From the IMG/VR virus record IMGVR_UViG_3300036778_000070, positions 1 to 43,978 of that record: DNA of 43,978 nt. The stretch is one strand, 5' to 3'. The translations under genes were made by a program, and so were the position numbers. The notes below the pieces were generated by a model. The model made no database searches. It saw nothing but the letters and a program-made list of their open reading frames with translations, and was not told where the DNA came from. Positions 1-7,939 of this stretch are shown in pieces; position 1 is the stretch's first letter, and every line of letters starts with the position of its first letter. The DNA is from a virus (lineage: Duplodnaviria; Caudoviricetes).

Positions 1-393
1 AACGGGGGTAGAACGTTTCGTATCTGTTTCTGAAACGTTGCATCCCGTTTCATGAAACGTTTCAGAAACGTTTCGTTGCCGTTCCCGAAACGCTCGAACC
101 CTTCCTGTTGAGTTGATCCAACCCACTTGCCATTCGTCCCAATCGTGGATGCGATATCCTCCCTTGAGTTTGTCTATAAGCTTTGTTTCTGTAAGATGTT
201 CAAGCGATTTCACGATTTGGTCTTCTGGCGTACGAAGCATAAACGAAATGTCCTCTACGGGGGGCAGCATTCCGTCCTGGTCTCGCCGTGTTGCAAGCAA
301 CATGAGATTGACCCACGTCTTGAAAAGTTCTGGGGAGAGCGACTGGACCTTGCGGTTGTCGAGAGTTGAATGCCACATAGGAAACCAGTCCAT
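1..393 (-). CDS. Phage replication initiator / replisome-organiser-like protein (N-terminal part; runs off the window)
   Basis: Not in the ORF track. Hand translation from ATG 393: MDWFPMWHSTLDNRKVQSLSPELFKTWVNLMLLA...GYRIHDWDEWQ...STGRVRAFRERQRNVSETFHET. The 'W..L....K...L' start and 'I.dW.ewQ...st.Rv.r.Rer' segment are typical of phage replication initiators. Confidence 0.75.
   Translation of the reverse strand, partial: MDWFPMWHSTLDNRKVQSLSPELFKTWVNLMLLATRRDQDGMLPPVEDISFMLRTPEDQIVKSLEHLTETKLIDKLKGGYRIHDWDEWQVGWINSTGRVRAFRERQRNVSETFHETGCNVSETDTKRSTPV
11..92. repeat. Iteron-like GAAACGTT(TC) repeats, putative replication origin inside the initiator gene
   Basis: GAAACGTT at 32, 54 and 65 (palindromic GAAACGTTTC at 54-63 and 65-74); variants at 11 and 87. 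Lambda O-type origins lie inside the initiator gene. Confidence 0.6.
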
Positions 394-463
394 GAATTGC
401 TCGTGATGAAAGTTAGAGGTCCGCGCCGTGATGCGACGTCGCAAACACGGCGCGGCAGTGCGG

Positions 464-886
464 TCAATAGGGCACGTCGTCATCACCTAGGTCGTCGTCG
501 TCGCCAGGCTCTTTCGGGATGATTGGACCGGTTGCTTTCGCGGCCGGCTTGGCTGCCTTGGGATCCTTGGGTGGCTTCGAGCGAACCCGAAGGGCCGGCA
601 CCGAATCCCCTGCGAAGTCAACTTCGGTCACAAACAGTGTGATGCGCTTCCCAAGCCAATCGTCGCTTTCATCACCATATAGCTTGGCGATGGTCTTGCA
701 ATTGGTCTTGTTGGCCAGAAACGGCTTGATTCCCGGCTCTCTGAAGGCGATGCACACCTTGCTCGTTCCGTCTCGCATCTTCTCTTGGGTGATGTTTTTG
801 ATCGTGACGACCAGGTCTTGGTCTTCTTCGAGGTCCGCGGACGCAAGCCATTTGGAAGGATAGAGGTCATCGAGTTTAGGCATCAT
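464..886 (-). CDS. Single-stranded DNA-binding protein (phage type)
   Basis: Has an 'NKTN...I..LYG....W.GKRITL' core and an acidic tail ending in an aromatic residue (DDDDLGDDDVPY); lies next to the initiator. Confidence 0.65.
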   Translation of the reverse strand: MMPKLDDLYPSKWLASADLEEDQDLVVTIKNITQEKMRDGTSKVCIAFREPGIKPFLANKTNCKTIAKLYGDESDDWLGKRITLFVTEVDFAGDSVPALRVRSKPPKDPKAAKPAAKATGPIIPKEPGDDDDLGDDDVPY

Positions 887-910
887 GAGTGTCCTTGAGT
901 GTGAGTGTGG

Positions 911-1069
911 TTAGGCGACCTGGAAATGGTTGACGTGGGCGGCCAATTCCTTGGCCTTCAGTTCCTCCACAAGCTTGGTGTCCCGTTGACGCTCAAGCAT
1001 CTCAATCAGCCGTCTGAGGTCCGGCTGTTGGCGGTGCGCTCGCTCTTGCAAGACTTGTTCAGTTTCCAT
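911..1069 (-). CDS. Small hypothetical protein (52 aa)
   Basis: Hand-translated METEQVLQERAHRQQPDLRRLIEMLERQ...FQVA, with a GGAG SD upstream. Confidence 0.6.
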   Translation of the reverse strand: METEQVLQERAHRQQPDLRRLIEMLERQRDTKLVEELKAKELAAHVNHFQVA

Positions 1070-1098
1070 ATGATTGAATCTCCAGTTAGGCTTTTCGG

Positions 1099-1135
1099 CC
1101 CCCTGTCGTGACGGCTAATCACGGCGGGGGTTTTT
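1099..1135 (+). terminator. Intrinsic terminator-like hairpin
   Basis: Stem CCCCTGTCGTGA/TCACGGCGGGG followed by TTTTT. Confidence 0.5.
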
Positions 1136-1139
1136 CATT

Positions 1140-1313
1140 TCACGCAGTGATAACCGGTGGCCCACCAATCGGTGGCGGCGGTGTTGGCGGGCTCTGATCA
1201 ACCGGGGCAGACTGGCTGCCACCAGGGGCTACGGTGTCGAGCGGCACGACCGTTGACGGTGCGATGCGGCCGGGTAGCGGCTCGAGATGGGGGTAATACT
1301 TACGCGGTCTCAT
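1140..1313 (-). CDS. 57-aa Pro-rich protein with a planctomycete export-signal-like (LEPR/Planc_extracel-like) N-terminus
   Basis: MRPRKYYPHLEPLPGRIAPS followed by a Pro-rich tail; ATGA overlap with the upstream stop at 1310-1312. Confidence 0.6.
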   Translation of the reverse strand: MRPRKYYPHLEPLPGRIAPSTVVPLDTVAPGGSQSAPVDQSPPTPPPPIGGPPVITA

Positions 1314-1555
1314 GGGCGTCTGGTCCTTTCGTGCTCGAGGTCTTCTTGGTAGTTCCTGGCTTCGCATTCCGCTTCGTAGCGGGCTTCGGCTTGTTCCTCA
1401 GTCTCGAGGCGGTAACCGAGCCCTTTGCAGTGGTAGCAACGGGAATCGGAATGCCTGCCCAGCCCCGTAGCCATGCACGGCTGGCATTCGATCCTCTGTC
1501 GTGCCGATCGAACGATGATGTTGTCGGCTTCTAGCTCACGATCACGCCTGGGCAT
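1310..1555 (-). CDS. Small zinc-finger protein (DnaJ-like CxxCxxxG repeats)
   Basis: CQPCMATG and CYHCKGLG motifs; GGAGG SD before ATG 1555. Confidence 0.6.
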   Translation of the reverse strand: MPRRDRELEADNIIVRSARQRIECQPCMATGLGRHSDSRCYHCKGLGYRLETEEQAEARYEAECEARNYQEDLEHERTRRP

Positions 1556-1769
1556 GCTGAGCCTCCGTGGCGTTAGAGTGGTGCAGGCCATCGAGTGGCC
1601 TCGCTGGCGCACAGTCAGGGCACAAATCGGCGAATCCGTCGCAGCGTTTGACAGACTTCCACCCCAGCTCCGCAGCTCTTCTAGCCATCTTCAGAGCTGG
1701 ATAGGCGTCGTATGGCCATCCATCGATCGAGTTGTCACATTCGGAGCAACTGAGAACTAATCGCAACAT
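1542..1769 (-). CDS. Small zinc-binding hypothetical protein
   Basis: CSEC...GW...DLCPDC pattern common in phage early genes. Confidence 0.55.
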   Translation of the reverse strand: MLRLVLSCSECDNSIDGWPYDAYPALKMARRAAELGWKSVKRCDGFADLCPDCAPARPLDGLHHSNATEAQHAQA

Positions 1770-1857
1770 TGCGTTGCCTTTTGTGACTGGGCATTGTCAC
1801 GAGAATAGGTGTTTTGGATAATGATTTCGGGATGGAACCCGAAACAGTGATCTACAG

Positions 1858-2091
1858 TTAGGCAGCGTTGTTGGGTGGCGCAGCGATGCGCTCCACGTCT
1901 TCACGCCAGTAACGGCGGCGACCGCCAACTTTGCGATCTGTGATATGGCCCTTCAGCACCATTCGCCGGAACGCGCTCAGAGAGCATTGAAGAGTGGCCA
2001 CGCACTCATCGCGGGTAAGCCAGTTGAGGGTGGCCGAAGCGACCTCAGCCATGTTTGACTCCGTTAAGCCCATGTGAATCGTTTGAACCAC
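1858..2091 (-). CDS. HTH_17 (MerR/excisionase-like) DNA-binding protein in the Cro position
   Basis: WLTRDECVATLQCSLSAFRRMVLKGHI...VGGRRRYWREDVE; divergent from the repressor. Exact start uncertain. Confidence 0.7.
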   Translation of the reverse strand: MVQTIHMGLTESNMAEVASATLNWLTRDECVATLQCSLSAFRRMVLKGHITDRKVGGRRRYWREDVERIAAPPNNAA

Positions 2092-2097
2092 ATGAGT

Positions 2098-2126
2098 AAT
2101 CTATTGCAGAAAGTGCAATAAAGCAA
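2098..2126 (-). promoter_or_regulatory. Leftward sigma70-type promoter containing a palindromic operator
   Basis: TTGCTT-17 nt-TAGATT on the minus strand; the palindrome TATTGCA-GAAAG-TGCAATA (2102-2120) fills the spacer. Confidence 0.6.
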
Positions 2127-2186
2127 GCAACTACTGCAAATATTTTGGCAGATTGTCATAAGCCTATTGTTAGGAATGACTTATGG

Positions 2187-2215
2187 TTGACAGGAAATGC
2201 AAGAGGGGATATGAT
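2187..2215 (+). promoter_or_regulatory. Rightward promoter for the repressor
   Basis: TTGACA-17 nt-TATGAT. Confidence 0.65.
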
Positions 2216-2254
2216 TCTGGCAGGGACTGCTTACTAAACCCGATAGTAAACCTG

Positions 2255-2623
2255 ATGGCGGAACCAGAAAAAGAAGTGCTGACCAAGCAGGATGCGTGCT
2301 TCCGTGCGCAAGACAAGGTGAGAGAGTTGATACCCTGGCAGAATGCAGCGAGGGTAGCGCGTGAGGCGGGCATCGACAATTCAAGGCTGAACCGATGGCT
2401 GAATGAGAAAGCCGGCCTGTTTTACTGGGAGCTTTTTCGCCTCGCGCGCAGCCTCGATGTCACGATGGATTACCTTTGTGACGACACTCAACCGACGAAG
2501 AATGTCACAAATCCATCTCTAAAGACCGGTAAAGTGATCCGGTCACGCGACACGTCTGATCTGCCGATCCCGCCGAAGGGGTCAGCCAGACCGAAGTCTA
2601 AGGGCATGAATAAGCCTCGGTGA
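2255..2623 (+). CDS. CI-like XRE HTH repressor
   Basis: AARVAREAGIDNSRLNRWLNE...LFRLARSLDVTMDYL is an HTH_3 pattern. Start placed at ATG 2255, downstream of the promoter. No S24 peptidase domain. Confidence 0.8.
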   Translation: MAEPEKEVLTKQDACFRAQDKVRELIPWQNAARVAREAGIDNSRLNRWLNEKAGLFYWELFRLARSLDVTMDYLCDDTQPTKNVTNPSLKTGKVIRSRDTSDLPIPPKGSARPKSKGMNKPR

Positions 2624-2788
2624 TAATGGAGTGACTGACCACGTCGGGTCAGTACTCCATTCGCTTTCCTGCCAAGCCTTCCTAGTCATTACCTTCCACT
2701 CTGCACTCACCAGCTTAGCATCTTCGTCTTCCCCAAACCGTACCAACTCCTCGCGGGCCACTATGCCCGTGGTGCGCACGATCCCCAT
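2582..2788 (-). CDS. Hypothetical protein
   Basis: 68-aa ORF with protein-like composition and an AAGGA SD upstream. Confidence 0.45.
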   Translation of the reverse strand: MGIVRTTGIVAREELVRFGEDEDAKLVSAEWKVMTRKAWQESEWSTDPTWSVTPLSPRLIHALRLRSG

Positions 2789-2952
2789 GCTGCTTATCCT
2801 TGGTTTTAGCCTGTGAGGCTTGCTATGGAATGTTTACGTAAGGTTAAACCATGGCGTGACGGCTCGCAACAGGTGCATGCATAAAACCTGACAGGTTAAA
2901 AATTTTTAATCTTCACATCTCGATCGGTACATAACTGCCATAAGCAACCATG

Positions 2953-2970
2953 ATTGCAGATGCTGCAATA
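2953..2970. promoter_or_regulatory. Second copy of the operator palindrome
   Basis: ATTGCAGA-TGC-TGCAATA matches ATTGCAGA-AAG-TGCAATA at 2103-2120. Confidence 0.6.
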
Positions 2971-2987
2971 ATCGTTGCAGATTCATC

Positions 2988-3539
2988 TTGACAGTACGCG
3001 ACCCTTTCGCGACACTTTATGCAGAGAGGGATGGTGCATCTTTGAGCGAGAAAGTGTCGCGGCCGAAGACGGCCAGGCGGGAGGCAATGTGGCTCAAGGC
3101 GGCGGACGAATACTTTATGACGCCAGCGGAGATAGCGGCGGCGTCTGGTTTATCTCTTCGCCAGGTGCAGAGGGGCCTGAAACGGGCTCGGGGAGCGAAG
3201 CTCGACTTTCTGAGCCAGTTCGACATCGAGTGGGTGATGAATGCAAATCCCTTCACTCAGGAACACCAATGCCGGTGGCATGCGTATGCGGAAATCCCCA
3301 AAGGGGTGAGGCAAGGATGCCTCTTTTGCCTCCGGGCGGGCCTGTCGCACTTAATCAGGTCGGGCAAGCCAATTGCGGGCTCGGAAGCCCAGAAGCCGAA
3401 GGAAGAAGTTCCTTTTGCTCAGCGGATGCATGGGATACCCTCGAAGCCATCGAAACCGGGGCCTTCTCCGGAATCTTCTACCCCCTCGACCAGCAAGCCA
3501 AGCCGTACACCAAAAAAGAAGTCGCGTGGCAAGTCCTGA
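2988..3539 (+). CDS. HTH regulator with Cys/His motif, possible late-gene regulator
   Basis: MTPAEIAAASGLSLRQVQRGLKRAR HTH; C..H and CLFC motifs; first gene of the rightward operon. Confidence 0.55.
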   Translation: MTVRDPFATLYAERDGASLSEKVSRPKTARREAMWLKAADEYFMTPAEIAAASGLSLRQVQRGLKRARGAKLDFLSQFDIEWVMNANPFTQEHQCRWHAYAEIPKGVRQGCLFCLRAGLSHLIRSGKPIAGSEAQKPKEEVPFAQRMHGIPSKPSKPGPSPESSTPSTSKPSRTPKKKSRGKS

Positions 3540-3667
3540 GCTTGGCCACGGTCGCGGTCATTATCGGCACTCTCTTCGGCCTTCACTACCTCGCAACTCA
3601 CACAGAGGCACGGCCAACCATCGCAGCGAAGCGGTGACAATGCCGTCGAATCCCTGGGGCACCATGC

Positions 3668-3880
3668 ATGACAGCTTCAAGCAGGTTGATGAACGCTCTT
3701 ATAGCCGCCCACGAAACCACAAATCCAAGTCTGAAGGCGGCGGTGTCGGCCCAGAGCGTACTCACGATGCTGGAAAACTTCCTGAAGAGAGTGCCCAAAG
3801 CAGCAGCGCTCTTGCTTCAGGTTCTCCAGGCTTTGGAAACCATGTTTCCAGGTGGGTCAGCTACGGAATCCTCGGACTGA
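3668..3880 (+). CDS. Small amphipathic hypothetical protein
   Basis: 70-aa ORF with an amphipathic C-terminal helix; a competing overlapping frame exists. Confidence 0.4.
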   Translation: MTASSRLMNALIAAHETTNPSLKAAVSAQSVLTMLENFLKRVPKAAALLLQVLQALETMFPGGSATESSD

Positions 3881-3935
3881 TTTTCGCGATGCCGTTCCTT
3901 GTTTATTGCCTCTTGAGGCTCTACGGATACCGCGG

Positions 3936-4673
3936 ATGATTCGCAAGCTCGGCAAAAAAGCAGCCCGGCACGACGATCGAACGCTAAAGTTCGCGAAGTA
4001 CGCGCCGCCAGTCCGACCACCAGCCTCAGTGAATTGGACCAACATCGTCAAGTCGTGGGGCATGCTCGGCAACGATCAGTGCGGCGATTGCACGTTTGCC
4101 GCGGTGGCTCACCTGCTTCAGTCGTGGGAGGAGAACAACGGTGTTACCGGTGGTACTCCAACAGAGTCGTCGGTGGTATCGGCTTATGCGTCGGCTACTG
4201 GCTACGATCCGAGGACTGGCGCCAACGACAACGGCGCCAATATGCTGGATGTCCTCAACCGATGGACCGATCCAGGCCTGTTTGGTAACCGACTCGGCGC
4301 CTATGCCAAGGTTGAGACGCAACACGAGGTGCAGTTATCAACTTGGTGGTTCGGTGGTGTTTACGTGGGCATCCAATTGCCCATCTCAGCCAACGACCAA
4401 ATCAATGGTCATATGCCATGGGTACTTCCCTTGGACATCTCACCCAGCAATGAGCCGGGCTCGTGGGGCGGTCATTGCGTGCCAATCGTGGCTTATTCCG
4501 ATTGGGGAGTCACAGTGGTGACATGGGGCCAACTTCAACTGGCTTCGTGGGGCTGGCTCCAGGTTTACATGGATGAAGCGTATGCCTGCTTAGATTTAGC
4601 ATGGACCGTAAGGGGGCATGCGCCAAATACATTCGACTTCGTGACACTACAACAGGATTTGGCGTCACTATGA
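3936..4673 (+). CDS. Papain-like (C1-type) cysteine peptidase
   Basis: MLGNDQCGDCTFAA (catalytic Cys), GGHCV (His) and VTWG motifs. Confidence 0.8.
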   Translation: MIRKLGKKAARHDDRTLKFAKYAPPVRPPASVNWTNIVKSWGMLGNDQCGDCTFAAVAHLLQSWEENNGVTGGTPTESSVVSAYASATGYDPRTGANDNGANMLDVLNRWTDPGLFGNRLGAYAKVETQHEVQLSTWWFGGVYVGIQLPISANDQINGHMPWVLPLDISPSNEPGSWGGHCVPIVAYSDWGVTVVTWGQLQLASWGWLQVYMDEAYACLDLAWTVRGHAPNTFDFVTLQQDLASL

Positions 4674-5767
4674 ATGGAATCCTTCTAGCGCTGGCTATCA
4701 CCGCCCAATCTGGTTCATGCTCCGACGGCGTATGCTATCCCGGCGCTGAGCAGCCTCCCCGCTCGAGTGTCGCTGTCGCGGCCAATCCTGGCTGGCTCAA
4801 GTACAGCGTCCGAATTAAGGCTGACGACCGCCAAGGGACTGGTTGGGGATCAGGGACGATTATTCGGGTCGTGGACGACCGGGCTCTCGTGCTGACCGCT
4901 GCGCATGTTGTCGAGGGATCGACTCGGGTATCTGTCCAGCATCGCAGCGGTTGGTACGGGGCCAGAGTGCTCGGGATGGGTCAAGGGGCGGATCTTGCCG
5001 CGCTGGAGATTGCGGCACCGGCTGGGATCGATGGCCTGAATATCGCCAAAGAGCATCCGACGACCGGGATTCTGTATGGGTTCGGCGGTGATGGACAATT
5101 TCACCGGCACAGCGGGCAGCTCACAACATGGGGAACACGCAGTGGTGATTCTAGCCCAGATTACGGCTTTAGCTTCCATTCCGACTCTGGAGACTCTGGA
5201 GGCACTGTTGTTAATGACCGGGGAGAGTTTGTTGGTGTACTTTGGGGTGGTAACGGCAGTAAATCAATGGTGGTCAGCCTCTCCAAAATCAACACGTTTC
5301 TTGCTACGCCCAATTGTTTTCGGTTCTTCCAGAGGCGACCGAAACAGATCAACGTCGCAGTGACCATGCCGCCAGCGCCGACCAATGTTATTCCGCCCCC
5401 TCCAGTCGAGCCAACGCCAGTTACGCCAGTGCCAGTCGCTCCGATCCAACCGGCTCCGGTAGCGGTGGTAGGGCCTCAAGGCCCCCAGGGGTTGCCGGGG
5501 CCGGCTGGCCCTCCAGGCGTTGGATTGCCTGGTCCAGCGGGTCAGCCTGGTGCGCAAGGCCCTCCCGGTCCAGTTGACCCAACGTTAGCGGCTCGAGTGG
5601 CAGCCCTCGAGGCTGAGATTAAGAAGCCGATCAGTTTTCAGATTCCTCAGGCCGATGGCTCATTGGCGACAGCCGCGGCCAAACTTGGGGACACGGTAGT
5701 TTTGTCTTTGCAGCACGCAGTTAGTCCAGCTCCAATTCCACCTCCACCAACCCCCGCAACGAGGTAA
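4670..5767 (+). CDS. Secreted trypsin-like serine protease with Pro-rich linker and collagen repeat
   Basis: Signal-like N-terminus; LTAAHVV, DLA and GDSGG triad motifs; a GPQGPQGLPGPAGPPG... run; ATGA overlap with the upstream gene. Confidence 0.85.
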   Translation: MNGILLALAITAQSGSCSDGVCYPGAEQPPRSSVAVAANPGWLKYSVRIKADDRQGTGWGSGTIIRVVDDRALVLTAAHVVEGSTRVSVQHRSGWYGARVLGMGQGADLAALEIAAPAGIDGLNIAKEHPTTGILYGFGGDGQFHRHSGQLTTWGTRSGDSSPDYGFSFHSDSGDSGGTVVNDRGEFVGVLWGGNGSKSMVVSLSKINTFLATPNCFRFFQRRPKQINVAVTMPPAPTNVIPPPPVEPTPVTPVPVAPIQPAPVAVVGPQGPQGLPGPAGPPGVGLPGPAGQPGAQGPPGPVDPTLAARVAALEAEIKKPISFQIPQADGSLATAAAKLGDTVVLSLQHAVSPAPIPPPPTPATR

Positions 5768-5770
5768 CAA

Positions 5771-6142
5771 ATGCCAGCCTTAAACACGGCGCCGGCAGCC
5801 CTTGACGATGTTGAAAATGCAGCTCAACGTTCATGGGGCACCGGCAACCAGGTTCTGAATCAGCAACTCCTACGGATGAACGAGGGCGACAACTACATCG
5901 CCAGCACGTCCAGGCAGAATTTCGGCATTGCAAACCAACTCATTAACTACGTTGGCGCTCAAGCGATGCTCGGCAGCGATCCCACGCTCCAGGCCAGCAT
6001 TCTTGCCGCTCGGTCTGCCGGCGCTCAGCCCCAATCAGGCGGGGGCCCTGGTCAGCCAGTTAGCTTCCCAGTTCAGCAGCAATTGCCCACACCAGCCGTA
6101 TACAGCGTCAACCCCACCACCGGCGCCATTACCAAGGCTTGA
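5771..6142 (+). CDS. Hypothetical protein (Gln/Ala/Asn-rich)
   Basis: GAGG SD; tightly packed in the operon. Confidence 0.6.
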   Translation: MPALNTAPAALDDVENAAQRSWGTGNQVLNQQLLRMNEGDNYIASTSRQNFGIANQLINYVGAQAMLGSDPTLQASILAARSAGAQPQSGGGPGQPVSFPVQQQLPTPAVYSVNPTTGAITKA

Positions 6143-6155
6143 TCGGAGCCCAACC

Positions 6156-6389
6156 ATGGTTCGTTTCTCAGCGCCCGATGGGGCGATCATCAAAATCACC
6201 GGCGGCCCGGCAATCGTTCAGATTGAGCCTGATCCGGGCCAAGCCGCTGTTGTTCAGCCGATCGCTACCGCGGCACCGGTGGCTCAACCAAAGATCGAGG
6301 CGCCGGTAACCGGGCATGCGCCGGCGATCACAGCCCCCTTTCTGGTCGACCCTTCGTCGACGGTTACGGCGCAGGTTTTCCAGGGTTGA
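6156..6389 (+). CDS. Hypothetical protein
   Basis: MVRFSAPDGAIIKITGGP..., preceded by GGAG. Confidence 0.5.
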   Translation: MVRFSAPDGAIIKITGGPAIVQIEPDPGQAAVVQPIATAAPVAQPKIEAPVTGHAPAITAPFLVDPSSTVTAQVFQG

Positions 6390-6886
6390 AAAACGCGATT
6401 GACGGGACGATCCGAGACCGCATGGAATTGCCCTTCCTTGTAGGGCTCCAGGATCATCACTCTCTCTTGCGTAGGGTAACCAAGAACACGCAGCGCGGCA
6501 TCGAACGAATGATGGAAAACGGCATGCCTGCTCAAGCTTCAACAACTGGAACGAATGCCGCGGCATCGGAAGAGGATGCAGCGATCCTCAATCGTTGCAG
6601 GATCATCCATAACCACAACTACACCAAAGAGCAGGCGCCAACCACTCCGTGCGGCCCGGTCGTCATTGAGCCGTTTCCCGTGCCACCTCCCCAATACCCT
6701 CAAGCTCGGGGCGTTCCAGTATGGATGGTGGTTGTTCTTATCCTATTAGCGCTATCTCTTGCGGGGGTAGCTGCCGGGGCGACCTGGTGGCTAGCCGCCC
6801 GACCGACCCCGGCAACTCCCACGCCAGCACCAAGTGGCATTCAGCCGGGCGACGATCTTCACATTAAGGTGATACCCGGCACTTGA
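6386..6886 (+). CDS. Membrane protein (single TM, Pro-rich flanks)
   Basis: Hydrophobic segment VWMVVVLILLALSLAGVAAGATWWL; TTGA overlap with the upstream stop. Confidence 0.6.
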   Translation: MKNAIDGTIRDRMELPFLVGLQDHHSLLRRVTKNTQRGIERMMENGMPAQASTTGTNAAASEEDAAILNRCRIIHNHNYTKEQAPTTPCGPVVIEPFPVPPPQYPQARGVPVWMVVVLILLALSLAGVAAGATWWLAARPTPATPTPAPSGIQPGDDLHIKVIPGT

Positions 6887-6887
6887 G

Positions 6888-7091
6888 ATGCCTCACAACT
6901 GGCGCAAGAAACGGCGAAAGATTCATGCCCACGCACTGAGCAGGTGCGAGAGCTGTAACCGGGATTGCCTGACGGCGTTTTGTGATGGATGTGCACCGCC
7001 AGTGAAGTATGAGCGGTATGACATGCGAGACGAAAGCCACTTTCCCAGCCGATGGAACGGCGAATCGATCGAGGTAACCACGAAGAGATGA
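6888..7091 (+). CDS. Small Cys-rich protein
   Basis: CESC...FCDGC; translationally coupled to the next gene. Confidence 0.5.
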   Translation: MPHNWRKKRRKIHAHALSRCESCNRDCLTAFCDGCAPPVKYERYDMRDESHFPSRWNGESIEVTTKR

Positions 7092-7531
7092 AACGGATTG
7101 CAACAATCATCTTGGCGCTCGGAGCGCTCAACGGATCAGTTCAGGCCCAATGCGTTAAGTGCGGAAGGAAGTGCGAGGCATGCCCTGGAATTTCACAGTC
7201 TATCGCGACTGCGGCTTCAGACCCTACCGGCTACCAATCCTTTCTGAATCAGACACGATTGAGCCACGGCCTTCGACCGCTCGCTTACGATCCAAACCTA
7301 GCCCGGTCCGCCCAGGCAAACAACACGTGGCAGGCGAGCTACGGGATGGGGCATCACCTCCAGTGCGGAGCGAGCCAATGTGTGGCAATGGGGCAGCCGA
7401 CAGTTCAGGCGGTCCACCAAGCGTGGCTGAACTCCCCCCCTCACCTTGCCATTATTTTGGCCCCGACGGCGAGATTTTTTGGCGTCGCGTTTGACCCGGC
7501 CTCGCGTTCATGGACGCTCAACATCCGGTGA
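7088..7531 (+). CDS. Secreted CAP (SCP) domain protein
   Basis: Signal peptide; LNQTRLSHGLRPLAYDPNLARSAQ and AWLNSPPHLAIIL are CAP signatures. Confidence 0.8.
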   Translation: MKRIATIILALGALNGSVQAQCVKCGRKCEACPGISQSIATAASDPTGYQSFLNQTRLSHGLRPLAYDPNLARSAQANNTWQASYGMGHHLQCGASQCVAMGQPTVQAVHQAWLNSPPHLAIILAPTARFFGVAFDPASRSWTLNIR

Positions 7532-7684
7532 ACATAACCCACACGGTCCATCATCACCTTGTTTTCGACTATCACCAGATCCTGCTTCTGTTCGGCTTCC
7601 TTTTCTGTGCCATGTTCCTTTTGGCAGTGGCTCTTAGGTTTGCTTTCGGGATGCTCGATCGATTCTTTTCCAAATGAGGTTCCC

Positions 7685-7930
7685 ATGCCAGCGACCGCAG
7701 CTCAGTTCGCAGCGCTTCTGACGGCTGAAGCCCAGGTTACCACCGACCAGGCGACTTTGCTCGCCGACACGACAACCCAGACAACCGCTCAGTCAACTTT
7801 CGCCAGCGGCTTGACTCCTGGCCAGGTCGTGGTGTTCATTCCCACGCCACCCGACGGCACTGTCTCGATCATCACCCAGGACACGAGCGCCCAAGGGTTC
7901 ACCGTCACGACGGCTACCGTTCTTTCTTGA
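7685..7930 (+). CDS. Thr/Ala-rich hypothetical protein
   Basis: GAGG SD before ATG 7685. Confidence 0.6.
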   Translation: MPATAAQFAALLTAEAQVTTDQATLLADTTTQTTAQSTFASGLTPGQVVVFIPTPPDGTVSIITQDTSAQGFTVTTATVLS

Positions 7931-7939
7931 TCCACGGAC

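Noticed and set aside
113-467. ORF-track calls 113-406, 127-369 and 255-467
   Set aside because: Shadows of the minus-strand initiator gene 1-393.
2830-2910. Cluster of short palindromes as a cos/pac site
   Set aside because: AT-rich promoter-like DNA far from terS; nothing specific supports a packaging role.
5771-6142. RebB/R-body-like protein
   Set aside because: Resemblance is only compositional (Q/A/N-rich); no specific motif.
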